DNA of 64,000 bases from Felis catus (taxonomy: Eukaryota): assembly GCF_018350175.1 (NCBI RefSeq), contig NC_058368.1:178376001-178440000 (forward strand), in the 5' to 3' direction. A model generated the notes under the pieces. It did not search any database and had not been told where the DNA came from. It saw only the letters and a program-made list of their open reading frames with translations. The position numbers and the translations under genes were made by a program. Shown in pieces: positions 25,071-38,107 of this stretch (positions are counted from its first letter, which is position 1; each line of letters starts with the position of its first letter).

Positions 25071-27232
25071 CACTACTTTATTGAATATGGTTTGGATCCT
25101 CCAGACTGGGTCCGAAAGTGCTTCGTGGTTCTGTCCCTGCTGAGAAGGACTCCAAAGTACTCTGTCATCTGGTGTGGGGGGTGGAGGAGGATGGAGGGTG
25201 AGGTTTCAGGAAGAGAGCTTGCTGGTGACAAGTATTGACTCATCTAGCCCTAGTTTCTGGGGCACAGCTGAGAGTGTCATTCACACAGCTGAGAAAGGTG
25301 AATCCCTCCCAGTGGGATGCATGGAGCTGGTAGCACTTGCCCTCACGGACTGGCTAAAAGTTTGTTCTGAGTTCAGACAGAAGCCTCGCAGTTGGGGGAC
25401 TTGAGGGACAACATAGTAGACTCAAGTTCAGGGAGAGAACTGACCTATCCAAGAGGGATGCCTCAGGCCTGGCACTTGGGACAGAGAGGTCACAGGGACT
25501 TGAGGAACATCAGGTCACTTGCAGCATAGAAACATGTAATGGTAGGAAGGGGCCTCAGAGGTCATCCTTCTGTCACCTGCCACCTTCAGCCCATTTTATA
25601 GACAGGGAAAACAGGGTCCAGAGAGGGAAAGGGACTTGTCCCAAGTCATACAGCCAGTGGACATCCAGCCCATTATTTTGATAGTGTGATTTCATTTATT
25701 TAAACTTCAAATTAAATGCAATATTTTAAAATGTATTGCTTAGGGATATGTCCATTAGTGGTAAATTTAAGAAGAAAAACTAAGAGAAAGGTAGAGGCAA
25801 AGGGGACTGGAAGGAGGATTGGTACTTCCAAGGCACTGGACTATTTTGTTTTCAGCAAGGAGCAGTATACACAGTGTGTTTTGTTTTTAAGGCTCTCCAA
25901 ACCCACGTTTCATAGTTGGAGAAGTGAGTTCAGAAAGGAGAAGTTGTTTGCCTACGGTCACCCTATGAGATCATCTAACCCTACACCTCCATTCTATAGA
26001 TGGGACCACTGAGGTAGAGAGGACACATTTCAGGCCCAACGCAGAAAGGCCCAGGGAGCAGCACCAGATCTGCCGGTTTCCGCACACCTTTCAGTGCAGC
26101 CACAAAGACCTCCACCAGCGCCAGCGAGAAACGCTTGGGGTTCTCGTGCCACTCACCACACACTTCCACTGTGTGGCCCACCCATCCAGCTGTGGCCTTT
26201 CTGGGGCCTCAGCTTCCGCAGCTGAAGGAAGGTCAGTCTGACCAACGAGCTGGTGTCATGCAACCCTTAGGGCGGACATGGGAGCAAGGTAACCCCCTCA
26301 GTGCTTCTGATTTGTCAGTTGCCTCAGGGCCCTGCTGGGGGTGGGTCACCATCAATATCTTATTACTGAGAAGGGGGACTGTTCGGTTGTCTCAACCTCT
26401 AGTCGGAGTTTGCTAAGGGAAGGGTCAGTCTTCATCACATGGGCCTTGGGCATGCCCCACCTGTTATGTGAGAAGCACGTGGTAGCCCGCGTAATCGTGG
26501 ATAAGTCGTAGTCTCCGTGACAGGAGCAGCGGAACCAGGCAACAGGACGTGGGGACAAAAGCTCACTGTGGAGGTGCTTTGTGAGGAAGGTGGATTCATT
26601 GTCTATTTGCCAAACCCAGGGCCAGAAGTCTCTCTGGGCTCCAGCCAGCAGCGTCCTCACTATCCCTCAATATACCTTTTGAGACTCTTGCAGCGTGGAG
26701 GGAGGATTGGCTCTGGGGCAGGTGCTCCATCCACCGAGCACAGCTGGTCCCTCTGCAGGGCATGGGCTGTAGGAGCCATGGCCCAAGAAAGCTCTTGGGT
26801 CGATTTCCACGCCTAGAAATCTTGGAGGTCTCCCCTTCGAGTCTTCCCGGTGTGTAGTGAGAAGAGATTTCCCTGGGATCCAGAAGGGAAGCAGTGTGTA
26901 CCAGACCCTCATTTGACCCAGGAAGAACTCAGGCTCTGAGAGCAGAAGTGAACAGGTCAGATGCACACAGCCAGCTGGTGGAGCCACTGAGGCCAGGATA
27001 TGGCTTGAGGGATGACTCCCTTATTATCACTATTATTTTAAAAATCAAATCTCCTCTTAGTTCAGCTTGAGTGTAAAGTCACTGGGGAGGACACATTTTT
27101 ATTCACCCTGAGATCTTCACAGGCAAGGTACTCGAGGAGCCCTGAGAGCGGAGAGAGCTGGGGTTGGAAGATACACTTAAACTTGGAGCTACGTGCTTGG
27201 CGTGCACTCCCTTAAAGATAACTTGCTTAGTT

Positions 27233-27391
27233 GGGGTGCCCGGGTGGCTCAGTCGGTTAAGCGTCCGACTTCGGCTCAGGTCATGATCTCACGGTTCGTG
27301 GGTTCGAGCCCTGCATCGGGCTCTGTGCTGACAGATCAGAGCCTGGAGCCTGCTTTGGATTCTGTGTCTTCCTCTCTCTCTGCCCCTCCCC

Positions 27392-27427
<36 letters not shown>

Positions 27428-27457
27428 AATAAATAAACATTAAAAAAATTTTTTTAA
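27233..27457 (+). mobile_element. Can-SINE (SINEC_Fc2-like)
   Basis: Full head, (CT)n and A tail; TSD aaagataactt(g/t)cttag at 27214-27230 and 27458-27474. Confidence 0.96.
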
Positions 27458-27474
27458 AAAGATAACTTTCTTAG

Positions 27475-28140
27475 CACCTATGCTGTTCCAGGTCCTGTTG
27501 TGGGTGTTGGAGAGAACCCAGGGAACAGGCTGACACAGTCCCTGCCTCAAGTCTAGCAGGGGTGACAGGCACTAGGGCATACAAATTCCCAAGATACGTT
27601 TAGGCTGGGATAAGTCTATTGGGAAAATAAAGTGGGGGTGAGGTGAGACACCCATGTGAGCAGGGCCTACTTCAGCTACAGCAGTCCAAAATATGAGGAG
27701 GGGGCATTTTTACTGAGGCCTGAATGCTGAGAAGGAGCTGCCAGCATGGAAAGGTCTGGCAGCCAAAGGCAGGAATGAGCCTGTTTACAAAAGCACAAGG
27801 AATCCACAGCAAGCGTAGAAGATGAGTTCTGGGAGGTCAGGGGTCAGGACAGGGGGTGTCTTGAGGGCTATAGTCAGGAGTATGGATTCTATCCCAGGTG
27901 CCAAAGGAAACCCCTGAAAGGTTTATGCCAGGGAGTGATAGCCTGACATGTGAAATGATTTGCAAGAGGCAAGTTGGGTAGCAAAGAGACCAATATGGAA
28001 ACTACTGCAATAGTCCAGGCTAGAGGTGAGGTTGGCTTGGACCAGGGGGTAGTGGACAAGGTGAGGAGAAGTTGAACAGTCAGGATGCATTTTGTAGGTC
28101 ATGACCACAGGAACTGCGAATTGTATGTGATGATGTTTAA
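27475..28140 (-). mobile_element. L2 3' region
   Basis: gacacagtccctgcctc...aggagtatggattctatcc...actactgcaatagtccaggctagaggtgagg..ggcttggaccaggg. Confidence 0.75.
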
Positions 28141-29469
28141 GGCTAGCAGAATGGATGAAACCACAGAGGGGTGAGCCCTGGGGCCCAGAGCCCTGGGACC
28201 GGCCACAGTTTGGTAGGTAGCTGTGGAGGAGAAGCCAATGAGGACCGAGAAGACGTGGCCAGAAACTGATTCGCTGAATATTGGTTAAATGAATGAATGC
28301 TTGAGGGGACATGGCCAAGTCTCTGCTTCAGAGGAACATGTGGTGAAGGGCCCCTAGGAAGAACGATGCCCCCAGTTGGAGTTGAGAGCATGGAGCACTG
28401 AACTTCCTTGGTCATTTGCTTCAAGATCACCCCCATGGACTGAGCGCTTTTGAGGGCAGGACCTGGGCATCATTTACATATCTCTTGGGCCCAGGACATG
28501 GCGTGGTGTTAAGAGGGCTTCTGGAATGAGGACTGGAGGACACAACCATGCATGTCATGGGATATGAGAAGTGCTCAGGGCCATCTATCCTAAAATAGTG
28601 CCCCCACTCCCCTACTCCCTCAACTCCCCTCACACCCAGTGGCAAGGCGGTCTGAAATTCCAGCATTAAACCTACTCCGGGCCTGAGTCTTCCGCTCTGA
28701 GTGAAGTCCTGTCTCTAATGAGATTTTACAGCCCAGAGGGGATGCATGTTTTCTCCCACTTCCCTAGGCTCCATGCAGGGGAGGGGAGGAGCAGGAGGGG
28801 ACAGCAGGCTTGAAGGCAGGCTAGGAAGGGGGAGGAAGAGAGGTGAGAGTGAAAGAGGAGACCCCCACCCCGTGAAGTCCAAAGCCACGGCAACCTGCTG
28901 GGGTGTTGAAAACAGGAGTTGCCAAGGCTAAGAGGCAGGGGCTGGCCTCAGGGGACCCTACTATACAAGGGTTTTGTATTAATAATACAAACAGAAATGT
29001 AGCAAACAGAATGTTTACTGTGTACTGTGTGTCTGCCTTATCAGGCCATGTGGGGCCAATCAAATCACCCGTTTAATTATCAGCCCAGATTCCAGGCTGG
29101 CATGTTCCTCAGAGTGGGTGTAGGGATGATATGTCTACTGAGAACATGCCTTGGAGGTTTGAGCCACACGCACTTAGAGGCCCCTCTGCTCATACCAGGG
29201 AGGGAATCCAAGATAGTCTTTAAGGGCTCAAGACCTAGCCCTGGCTGAAAGCAATTCTCAGTGCCCCCATTTCTTCATGTGCAAAATGGGAAGAACCACA
29301 GCGGCTTCCTCCCAAGGCTAGTCGGCTAGTTGGCTAGTTGGCTAGTTGAAAGGTTAGGTGAGATTTCATTTGTAACCGGCTTGGCACGGAGCTAAACTCA
29401 GCTTGTGTTCATTATTCTTGCTTTAAATGCCTGAAAGGAAATAGTGCCACGTCTGTGGCTACAGGGACA

Positions 29470-29900
29470 GCTGCTTCATGGTCCCAGTAGGACACAATGG
29501 CCCACTCAAATTGGGTGACTTGAAGACAGTGTATAACAGGGGGACTATTTACAGTGCTGTAGCCAGGGTGTGGGAAAGCACATGGACAGGGCAGGACCCT
29601 ACACAAGGAACAGTGGCAGCCTCTCGCACCCAATCTGAAGAGTGGAGGGTGGCTACGAGCACCCAGGGGCAGAAAGATCTGTGTGGGGAGGGCCGCCTGT
29701 GTGGGGAGGGAGACTTGTCCTTTTCTCGATTGCCTAGGAAGCCCACTACCACCCTACAGGGAGGAGCCTGTGAGTAGATACCTTGATATCATTCTTCCTC
29801 TGCCCTTAGACTCCTGCTGGTGCCTCCATTTGGAACAGCCAGAAGCCAGAGGCAGGGGTCTCACTGATAGGGCCCCCCAGGTTGGCCGCCCCAGCCCACA
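29470..29900. mobile_element. LTR33-like ERVL LTR relic
   Basis: atggcccactcaaattgggtgacttgaag...gggactatttaca...agggtgtgggaaa resembles the recalled LTR33 sequence. Confidence 0.5.
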
Positions 29901-30077
29901 GGGAAGAGGAGGCAGAAATAGAGACGAACAAGCACAAGGGTTCATACAAGGAGAAGGGATAGAAAGCAGACACTTGCTCATGCCCATGTTACAGATGGAG
30001 AAATTGAGGCCCAGAAGGGTGACATCACTTGCCCAGAATTATAAAATTTGAACCACCTGACTCCCAAGTCCATGTCC

Positions 30078-30260
30078 TTTTCTTCTCTTAATTTTTTTAA
30101 CCTTTATTTATTTTAGAGAGGGGGAGGGGCAGGGAGAGAGGGGGACACAGATCTGAAGCTGTCAGCACAGAGCCCAACATGGGACTCAAACCCACGAACT
30201 GCGAGATCATGACCTGAGCCGACATTGGATGCTCAACGAACTGAGCCACCTAGGCGCTCC
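30078..30260 (-). mobile_element. Can-SINE with internal deletions, inside a MIR
   Basis: gctgtcagcacagagcccaac...gagatcatgacctgagccga...ctgagccacctaggcgc; flanks ccaagt(c/g)catgt. Confidence 0.9.
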
Positions 30261-32225
30261 CCAAGTGCATGTTCCTAACCATTATCTCACATGGCTCCAC
30301 TCATCAATATTCTGAGCTGGATGTTATTTTCCTCAAATACAGTTAAGGGAACATATGCTCAGACTGGTAAAGTGACCAGTGTAAGGTCACACAGCAGAAT
30401 CAAGATGGTAGAAATGAGGCCTGGGGGTCCCTTTTTCTCGGCTGCTTTTATCACTCAGCACAATCCTGCCTTGGCAGGAGGAGAGAAGCTTCTGGAAGCT
30501 GTTTAGCTCAGAGCCACTACCTCTCTGAGCCACCACCCAAAGTGAGGTGGCCTATGTCAAAGAATGGCTGTGAGGGTGGGGGTCCAGGGAGAGTGGGCTC
30601 TCCCCCCTTCTCACTTTGAGAAGCCCTGTTCCAGTGAAGCTGTGAGGCATAATCTCCCCTCAGCAATGATTTTTCCCGAGCAGAGCTTCATAGGTTTGAC
30701 TCTCTTCTCCTTAATCCATCTTGCCTAACGCCCCGGAGACATTTCCTACTATCCTGCCTCCCTTCTTTCCTGTCCTTTACGTTCCCTTCCCCCTTCCTCC
30801 CCCAGCAGCTCTCCAGGCTTCTGAATGGGTTTTCTTTGACTCTGTTCTCTGCACTAGACAGATAATACATAAGGCTGTTTGCCAAGGTCATTTTTAACTC
30901 CAGTGCACTGCAGGTGAGGGAAGGAGGGAGAGTTAAATCACAGAGAACCAGCCCAAGGCAGCTGCCCTCTCCCTAAGTTCTCAGCAGGTGTGTGGAGGGG
31001 GAGGGGACATTCTGGTCTCTCCCCCCTCCCTCTAGCTTGACAGTTGGGACTGGGCTGGCAACAGGGAAATGTTTGCCTTCCTCATTTTATCCTTGGGGAG
31101 GGTGGAGTGAGAAAAGAAGGGTCAGAGGAGGAGAGGGGCATATTGATGATGGTAGAGGAAAGGTTCGGGCCAGTCCGGACAGCAAATGGTCATCTCTTGG
31201 GAGAAAGTGAGAGAAGGTTCTGCCTTTTCCTAAAGTGGAGGTCTGGCCCTCTCTCTAATAATATTCCCATTCTGCTGATGGGAAAACTGAGTTCCAGGGA
31301 AAGTAAGGTGGTACCCAAGGACAGACAGTAGTAATTTGGTGGAATGAGACAGCAAACTACACCTCCCCTGGGCCAGTGAAAGGAGCTCTCAGGTCAGGAC
31401 TAGGAGTTCTCAGTTTGAATCTACACTCTGCTCTGATGTGCTGTGTGTGCCTGGACAAGCCACTGCCACTCTCTGGGTTTTGGAGTTTGATGGTTTTGTT
31501 TTTACTAAGCACCATGTATGAGGCACTGGGATACTGCAAAGAACAAACAAAATCTTCCTTTTATGGAGTTTATATTCTGAAAGAGAGTCTCATCTGGGCC
31601 CTCGGCTGGCATCACTTCTAATCCCTGGCACCCCCATCTAAGAGAGGGGTTACTAGTGCCACTTCACAGGTGATGAGTCCGAGCTCCATTTCTGCCATGG
31701 GGGGGCCAGAGGAGGAGATTCTTTAGACAATTCTCTCCCACCCTGATGCTCTGGCAGAGAGAAGCAGAACCCAGCTCAGGTGATGCTGCAGATCTCAGAG
31801 ACCTGAAATTTTATTTATTTGGTCTAGAGATGAACGATGAGATTTTTTTTATTCAAAAGTAGATTTACCTTCTTAATTATGTTTGAGTTAGATTTGCAGT
31901 GATATTAATTTCCACTCCCTAGATGCACACGGGAGGCAAGTGTTTATTTAGGGAAAGGCCTCTACGAGTGTGAGAGGCAAGGGATGGGGCTGGCGATTTC
32001 AGAACTTCCTGCAGGTTTCCAGAGGGTGATCATTCACATGGTAGAATAACAGGGGTGGGGTGGTTCCGGAGTTACAAAGAGTTTGGGATTAAATAGGAGG
32101 GAGCCTCTGAAAGCATTCCCACCCATCTTTCCTCTGGTCCTTTATCAACATGAGCAGGGTGCTCGTTATGTACCTACTAGATGTTGCTGGGGAAGCAAAG
32201 TAATGTGCAACACCCAGGGCCCTGT

Positions 32226-32598
32226 TGCTTGGTCTGAATGTTTATATCCACCCCCCACCCCCCGCCAAATTCATATGTTGAAACCTAATCACCAATGAGC
32301 TGATATTAGAATGTGGGGCTTTTGGGAGATGCTTGGGTCATGAGGGTGGGGCCCTCCTGAATGGGATTAGTGCCCTGTAAAAGAGGCCCCAGGGAGCTCT
32401 CTCACCCCCTCCACTGTGTGAAGACACAGCGAGCAGGTGTCCTTCTATGACCTAGGAAGTGGCTCTCTCCACACAGAAACCTGGCAAAGCCTTGATCTTA
32501 GACTTCACAGCTTCCAGAACTGTGAGAAATGACTGTTGTTGTTTACAAGACACCCAGGCTATAGCATTTTGTTACAGCAGCCAGAACAGACTCAGACA
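32226..32598 (+). mobile_element. MaLR solo LTR (MLT1A-like)
   Basis: TG...CA termini; aaattcatatgttgaaacctaat, gaatgggattagtgcc, cttccagaactgtgagaaat motifs; perfect 5-bp TSD cctgt at 32221-32225 and 32599-32603. Confidence 0.92.
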
Positions 32599-35500
32599 CC
32601 TGTCTTCTGGCTTCTTCTATCCCACAAAAGCTGCTGGCCTTTCCTCGTGGCCTCTAGCTCAGAGTAACCGTGTCAAAGAAAGCTCATGCCTTCCCTTCTC
32701 TTCCTTCATCCATGGGCACTGAGCTGTTGAGGCCAGAGGTCAAAGCTGGGGAGTGGGGGACAACGGCGCCCCCTCCTAAAGTCTCCAGGGACAGGAGCTA
32801 ACCTAGTCTGTGCCCTCTGAGACTGAGCCTGGCAGGCACCACTGCTCCTGGTCCCCTTCCGGGTTGCTGGAGTGGCCCTGGGACTGTAGGCCTTGCCGCC
32901 CCTGCAGCCCTCACTGGCTGAGTCAGCCACCATAGGGTCTGCTGCCATAGGGACAATTTAGCAGCTAATGAGAAATGGAAACTTTGAGAACAAATAAATG
33001 AAGCAGCTACTGCTGTGGGGGAAACACATTCATCAGACTCTCTCTGAGAAACCGAGGCAGGCAGCAAGGGCCACTGCACACAGGAGGAGGCTTCTGCTCA
33101 AAGCAGTGTCCTAGGCTGGGAGGCGGCTGCCTGGCCCCACTCCCAAGAGGCCCCGTGCATCACCCCACAGGCTCACGTCTCCTGGGCCTCAGCCCTGGGC
33201 CATGTAGCCAGTCTTGCCTGGAGCTGGTATGGGTCAGAGACTGCCTGGAGGCTGGGGCTAGATGTATTCTGGGGCCATACCAAACCAATGACCCAACAAT
33301 GACCCAGGAAAACATTTGGGGGCATGACCCCATAGCCTACCTCGTCAAGTCCGTCACCCTCCTGCCCTACTCTCTGCCAGAACTGACATTTGTTTACAAT
33401 GTCATCGGAGACATCGGGTGTGCCCAGTTTGTAGACTGATATTTGGAGAGGGGCTATGACTTCCCAAGGGTCGTGATCTAAGAGATGAAATTTAAACTTT
33501 GTGCACACAAGTCTTAGGATGCAAAGTCTGAGCTCGTTTGGTCAAACTTTAACCGGAGTCACTTATGTCTGCAGCGGCCCTTGGCTGAAGAGCCGATTAC
33601 CCACATCGTAAAGATGACCAAAGTGAGGCCTAGAGGTGTTGAGCCACTGATCTGATGCCACGTCACTAGGAGATTACAGAGCAGAGGTCCATCTGCTGGG
33701 CCCTACCACGTACCAGCCACTGGGCCACGTGCCATAGAGCCCAGTGGGTAAGGCTCCCGAGGCTTAGACTGTTAGCGGGGCTGTGGGCTCTGGCAGCGTG
33801 ACCTCAGGCAAGTGAGCCAACCCTGTCTGCATCAGTTTCCTTGGGTGAAGAATCAGGATAAAAATAGTACGTGCCGCATACGATTGTGAGGTAGCATGAG
33901 GAAAGGAGTGCCTGGCTCACCAGTGAGGCCCCATAAGTGTTGGCTCAAATGAACCCTCCCCACACGATGCCCCAAATGTAGAGATGAGGGAGACGCCTCC
34001 TTTCCCCTCTCTGAGCCCTCTGATCCATGTGTTCCCCTTTCCTGGTATTCTCAATGCCCAGAGACCCTTCCCCAATTTGGGGTGCAAGCAGTGTTCCACA
34101 CCAACCATTTCCGGGCAGCGGATGACAAAGAAGGCATTGCTTGACTTCTGAGCCTCTAAACAGACTCAGACAACTGTGGGCAAGGACTTACAGACATGAG
34201 AGAAAAGCTTTTTGATCTCTTGGGCTCTCTGAATTCCAAAAGCCCAGAGCTTTGAAGGACGCACGCAAAAACAACAGACATGGAAGACCAACAAGCCTGG
34301 TCAGAGAAACCTGAACCTCGCCTTTCCATTCCCTGCCCTGTACATAAAATGTGCCTGGACCAGGGTGAGGAGGAGGAGGAGAATCAAAAGGGAAGGAAGA
34401 TGAGGCACTTATTGGTGGTCATCTGAAAGGGACTGTCACCCTGCCCCTTAACCCAGTCTCCTGGGCAGGGGAAGGCAGATACTCCCTACATAGCTGGAAG
34501 AGAGCAGAGGGTAACCAGGCAGCTTTGTGGCCCATGATCTAGGCACCAAGATGGTTTTCCAGGGTGTCCAGGGCAGTGGGTCTGAGGTAGTGTCAGAGGA
34601 CCTCATTCCACAAAGCTCAATATCTCTTTGTGCCCAAGGGGGAGGGAAGAATGAACTGGACTCAAGAGCCCTTGAAGTTAAGATGAGGAGAATACCCCAG
34701 GGATCAGCACCGACCTGTGATCTGAGGCAAGATGGCTCAAGGACATCTGGGTAGATGCCAACACAGACAGAAGACAGAGGACCAAATGCACTCGACCCTG
34801 CTCCGTACTTCAGCACCCCTGCCTGAGATGGAATCTGCCAGACATGGGAATGCAACTCCAGAGAAGAGGGTGGAAAACCCAAGTTGACTAGGATTTTGTG
34901 TCTTTCACTTGGCATAATGGGAGCTTGAAGCTGGAATTAAGTTGGGTTCCTGAAAAATAAAGGAAACAACAGTTCTTACAGGCCCAAGTCTGTGGTCTGA
35001 GTTTGCTGCAGGCTCTAAGCCAAGAAAAAGTCTTAAAATGAGGTACTGATCTCCAGGATTTAGGTCAGCCTAAGGACTAAAAAAAGGAAGGGTCATGGAT
35101 GGCTTCTTAGAGGAGGTGACTCAGGAACTGGAGTTGCAGGTCACGGAGGATACCGTTGGTAGCAATGAGGGTATCCCAGGCTTGGGAACTGCCTATGGAA
35201 AGGTTTGGCAGATAGAGGGTAGTTCTCTTCAGGGAGTTGAGAGTGGCCTAAGACCGGGTATCAGTGGAAAATAGTATGAATTCGTTTGGAAAGAGACAAG
35301 GTCAGGACTTGGATGTTTGTAAGTGACGAAGATTTCAGTGAAGATTTCAGAGGCTTTGCTGTCTCAAGGAGCTGCTTCCCATGGGCAGGGGACTGGGGTT
35401 CCTGCAGTGCCTCACACACTGCTGGCACACTGTGGCACTCTCTGGGCTGAGTTACAGGTAAAAATAGCACGCCACATTCCTATCATACTGCCCCGTGGGG

Positions 35501-35760
35501 CAAAGGAACCAATCCTGTTTATTCAACAAAGGAAATTACTCCTCATTAGGAGCAGGAGTGGCATAGCAAGGCACACTAGTTATGAGATTTGAAGCTCTCC
35601 GTACCTTAGGACCGATATTACCAAAGATTGGAATGATTGTTAGTAGTGGACTTGCCAGGGAAGGATTTGAGCTCATTATTTCATGAAACTGTAGTCAGCA
35701 CTTATGTAATGTGTAACGTTTTGTCTGAGGCCTAAGGGTCACAGGAACCTTACCACCTTT

Positions 35761-35920
35761 CTAGTAGTCCTTAGACTACCAGCATCAGCAAAACCCGAGT
35801 GGGGGGAGAGCTGGAAATGTAAGATCCCAGGTCCTAGTCCTGACCTCTTATATCAGAATTTGCACGTTAGCACAACAGATCCCCAGGTGATGTGTGTGCA
35901 CAAAAGTTTGAAAGTGTTGA
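35761..35920. mobile_element. MER5A-like hAT relic
   Basis: accagcatcagca...gaaatgtaagat...atcagaatttgca...agatccccaggtgatgtgtgtgcacaaaagtttgaaa. Confidence 0.65.
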
Positions 35921-36084
35921 CGTAGAAGACAAAAGCTTCCAAAGACTTACTGATGTAACAATTCCCCTCTCTGATTCCCTGTTTGTTGCCACATCCTCAC
36001 CTGCTTCTGTGGACAGTCCAGAGCTCACGCTGCCTTCCCACAGGACCATGTATGAGGATGATGATGGGTCTATCATCAGGGATC

Positions 36085-36495
36085 TTGGTGGCAAACTATG
36101 GTATCCCCTCCAGTTGGTTTATCCAGGGAAGGAATTTATTAAAGGATATTTGGTAATTCAGAGAGTCTCCAAGAGGGTCCAGGTGTTAGATTTGGAGGCC
36201 AACTTACCTGGGGTAAGTTTCAAGCACTATCATGGAGGCTTCTCCAGGAAAGACCCCATCTGCTATCCCCACTGCTCAACATAGGTGCCATGGACACAAT
36301 AGAAGGAGACCCCAGAACTTCCCCACCATGACATCCAGAGAGCTGCTGGCCTCTGCTGCCACCTTCATCACAAATTGACTCCATACTTGATCCATTCCCT
36401 CAGGTATACCTCTTCCAAATAAAGCCTCACCTGGGTCGCTATGCTATCTTAGCCTTAGATGCAAGGGTGGTAGGAAGTCTGAGTGTGAGTTTCCA
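36085..36495 (-). mobile_element. Old MaLR LTR (MLT1K/L-like)
   Basis: ggaatttattaaaggatatt...ccttagatgcaagggtggtaggaagtctgagt. Confidence 0.45.
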
Positions 36496-36654
36496 CCTTA
36501 AGGAGGGGGAATTTCTGATGTTGGGAATTCTCCAAACATAGAAAAAATGTTCAATAGATCATGGAAAGCCACAAACTGCCCAGCTAAGGGGCCAGTCTTG
36601 TGGGTATCTCCCTGGGTGTGTGAGGCAGGGGGTGAGAGGGAGTAGGGCAGTCCA

Positions 36655-36845
36655 TCCTTGTCCTTGAAATCCAGCTACGTGATATGCTAGACTTTGGGCA
36701 GATCATCTCACCTCTTTGAGTTCAAGTTTCCTCATCTACAAAATGAGAAGAGTAATAACATCATAAGGATGATTAAAAGGAGCAGTTCGCAAAGCCCCTA
36801 GTATAGTACCTGACACATCGGCGGCCATTAACATAATACTCAATA
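36655..36845 (+). mobile_element. MIR SINE
   Basis: gactttgggcagatcatctcacctctttgagttcaagtttcctcatctacaaaatgag. Confidence 0.8.
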
Positions 36846-37269
36846 GCTATGAGTATAGCTATGAGGTCATCACCAACATAATACTCCCATCCTGAAGTCC
36901 CAGCAACCTGCTGTGCTTTGATTGTATCTGTGTTGCTATCTAAACAATCAGACATTGGATGGACATGCAAGGGGAAGCTAGAGTAGTAGATGAGAGATAT
37001 AGTCTCTGCCCACCAAGGGCTGGCCATCTAGGAGAAACAAACACCCCTCCCCCACCAGTTCTGTAATGAGCTGAGCTGGCGACCATGGTGGTGCGGAAAA
37101 GCAGCTCTCCTGGTATTAATCCTGGAGGAAACTATTCAGAGGAGAGAGCATTCAAGGACAAGTTTTGCAAGTGAGCAAGGAGCGGAAAGAAGGGTACCTA
37201 AAGTCTACAGACCAACAAGAACAAAAGCATGGAGGGGGGAAGTTGTGAGGCACCTTTTGGGGAAGAGTG

Positions 37270-37510
37270 TATGACTAAGAGTCTACACTCTGATGTCAGA
37301 CTGTTTAATGTGGGTTCAAATCCAAACTCTGCCATGTATAAGCTCTAACTCTGGGCCGCTCTGTTCCTTTACATTGTAAGTGTACAGTTTGCCATCTATC
37401 AAATGGGAATATTGGTAACAGAACCAATCTCAGAAGTCCACAGGAAGAGGCGTGTTCAACAACAAACACAGCACCTAACACAAAGCAGGTGCCCAGCACA
37501 CATAAGAAAG
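37270..37510 (+). mobile_element. MIR SINE
   Basis: gtcagactg...gggttcaaatcc...cagtttgccatctatcaaatgggaata...cagcacctaacaca. Confidence 0.65.
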
Positions 37511-37609
37511 AATGATATGATTATTCAGACTGGAGGGGAGGGTGAGCAGGGTCTCTGCATGAGGTTAGGTTTTACCAAAACCTTGCATCCTTTTACAAGG
37601 CAGTGACAT

Positions 37610-38107
37610 CTGTTGTTTATGCTGGCCCAGCAACCATTCCTCTTCTAGGAAGAGCTCCTTGGTTTTCCTACTCTCCAATTATAGTCCATTTGGTTGATGA
37701 GACGGAATTCTCCTTGTCCCAGATGCTGGCCAATCAGAGCATAGCACATGATCAATCTAGGCCAATGAGAGCCAGCCCTGAGACTTTTCCTGTGACTGGT
37801 GAGGAGAAGCTTTCCCATGGAGGTTGCTGACCTGGCAGGGTATAAGTCTGGGACTGCTGGTGACTACTCTTGGCACCCCAAGGTTAGAGCTCTCCTGAGA
37901 ACAAAGCCCAACAAGAGGAGAACAGATCTGAGAGAAATGGAAATCAACAGATTCTTGTTGACATTTTCTTTGAGCACCTGGATGCAGGTGTGACTGAAGT
38001 TAACTCTATCCTGGCCTTCCTATTACATAAACCAGCATATCCTCTTTTCTTCCTAAACAGTAAGAGTTGGCTCTCTGCGGCTTAAAACCGAAAAGGTCCT
38101 GGCTAAC
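37610..38107 (+). mobile_element. Old MaLR LTR (MLT1J/K/L-like)
   Basis: ggccaatcagagcat...ggccaatgagagccagccctgagactttt...tttgagcacctggatgcagg...aaaaggtcctggctaaca. Confidence 0.7.

Noticed and set aside
27233..27310. tRNA-like A/B box sequences here and in the other SINE heads
   Set aside because: They are tRNA-derived Can-SINE heads followed by (CT)n, A tails and TSDs, not tRNA genes.
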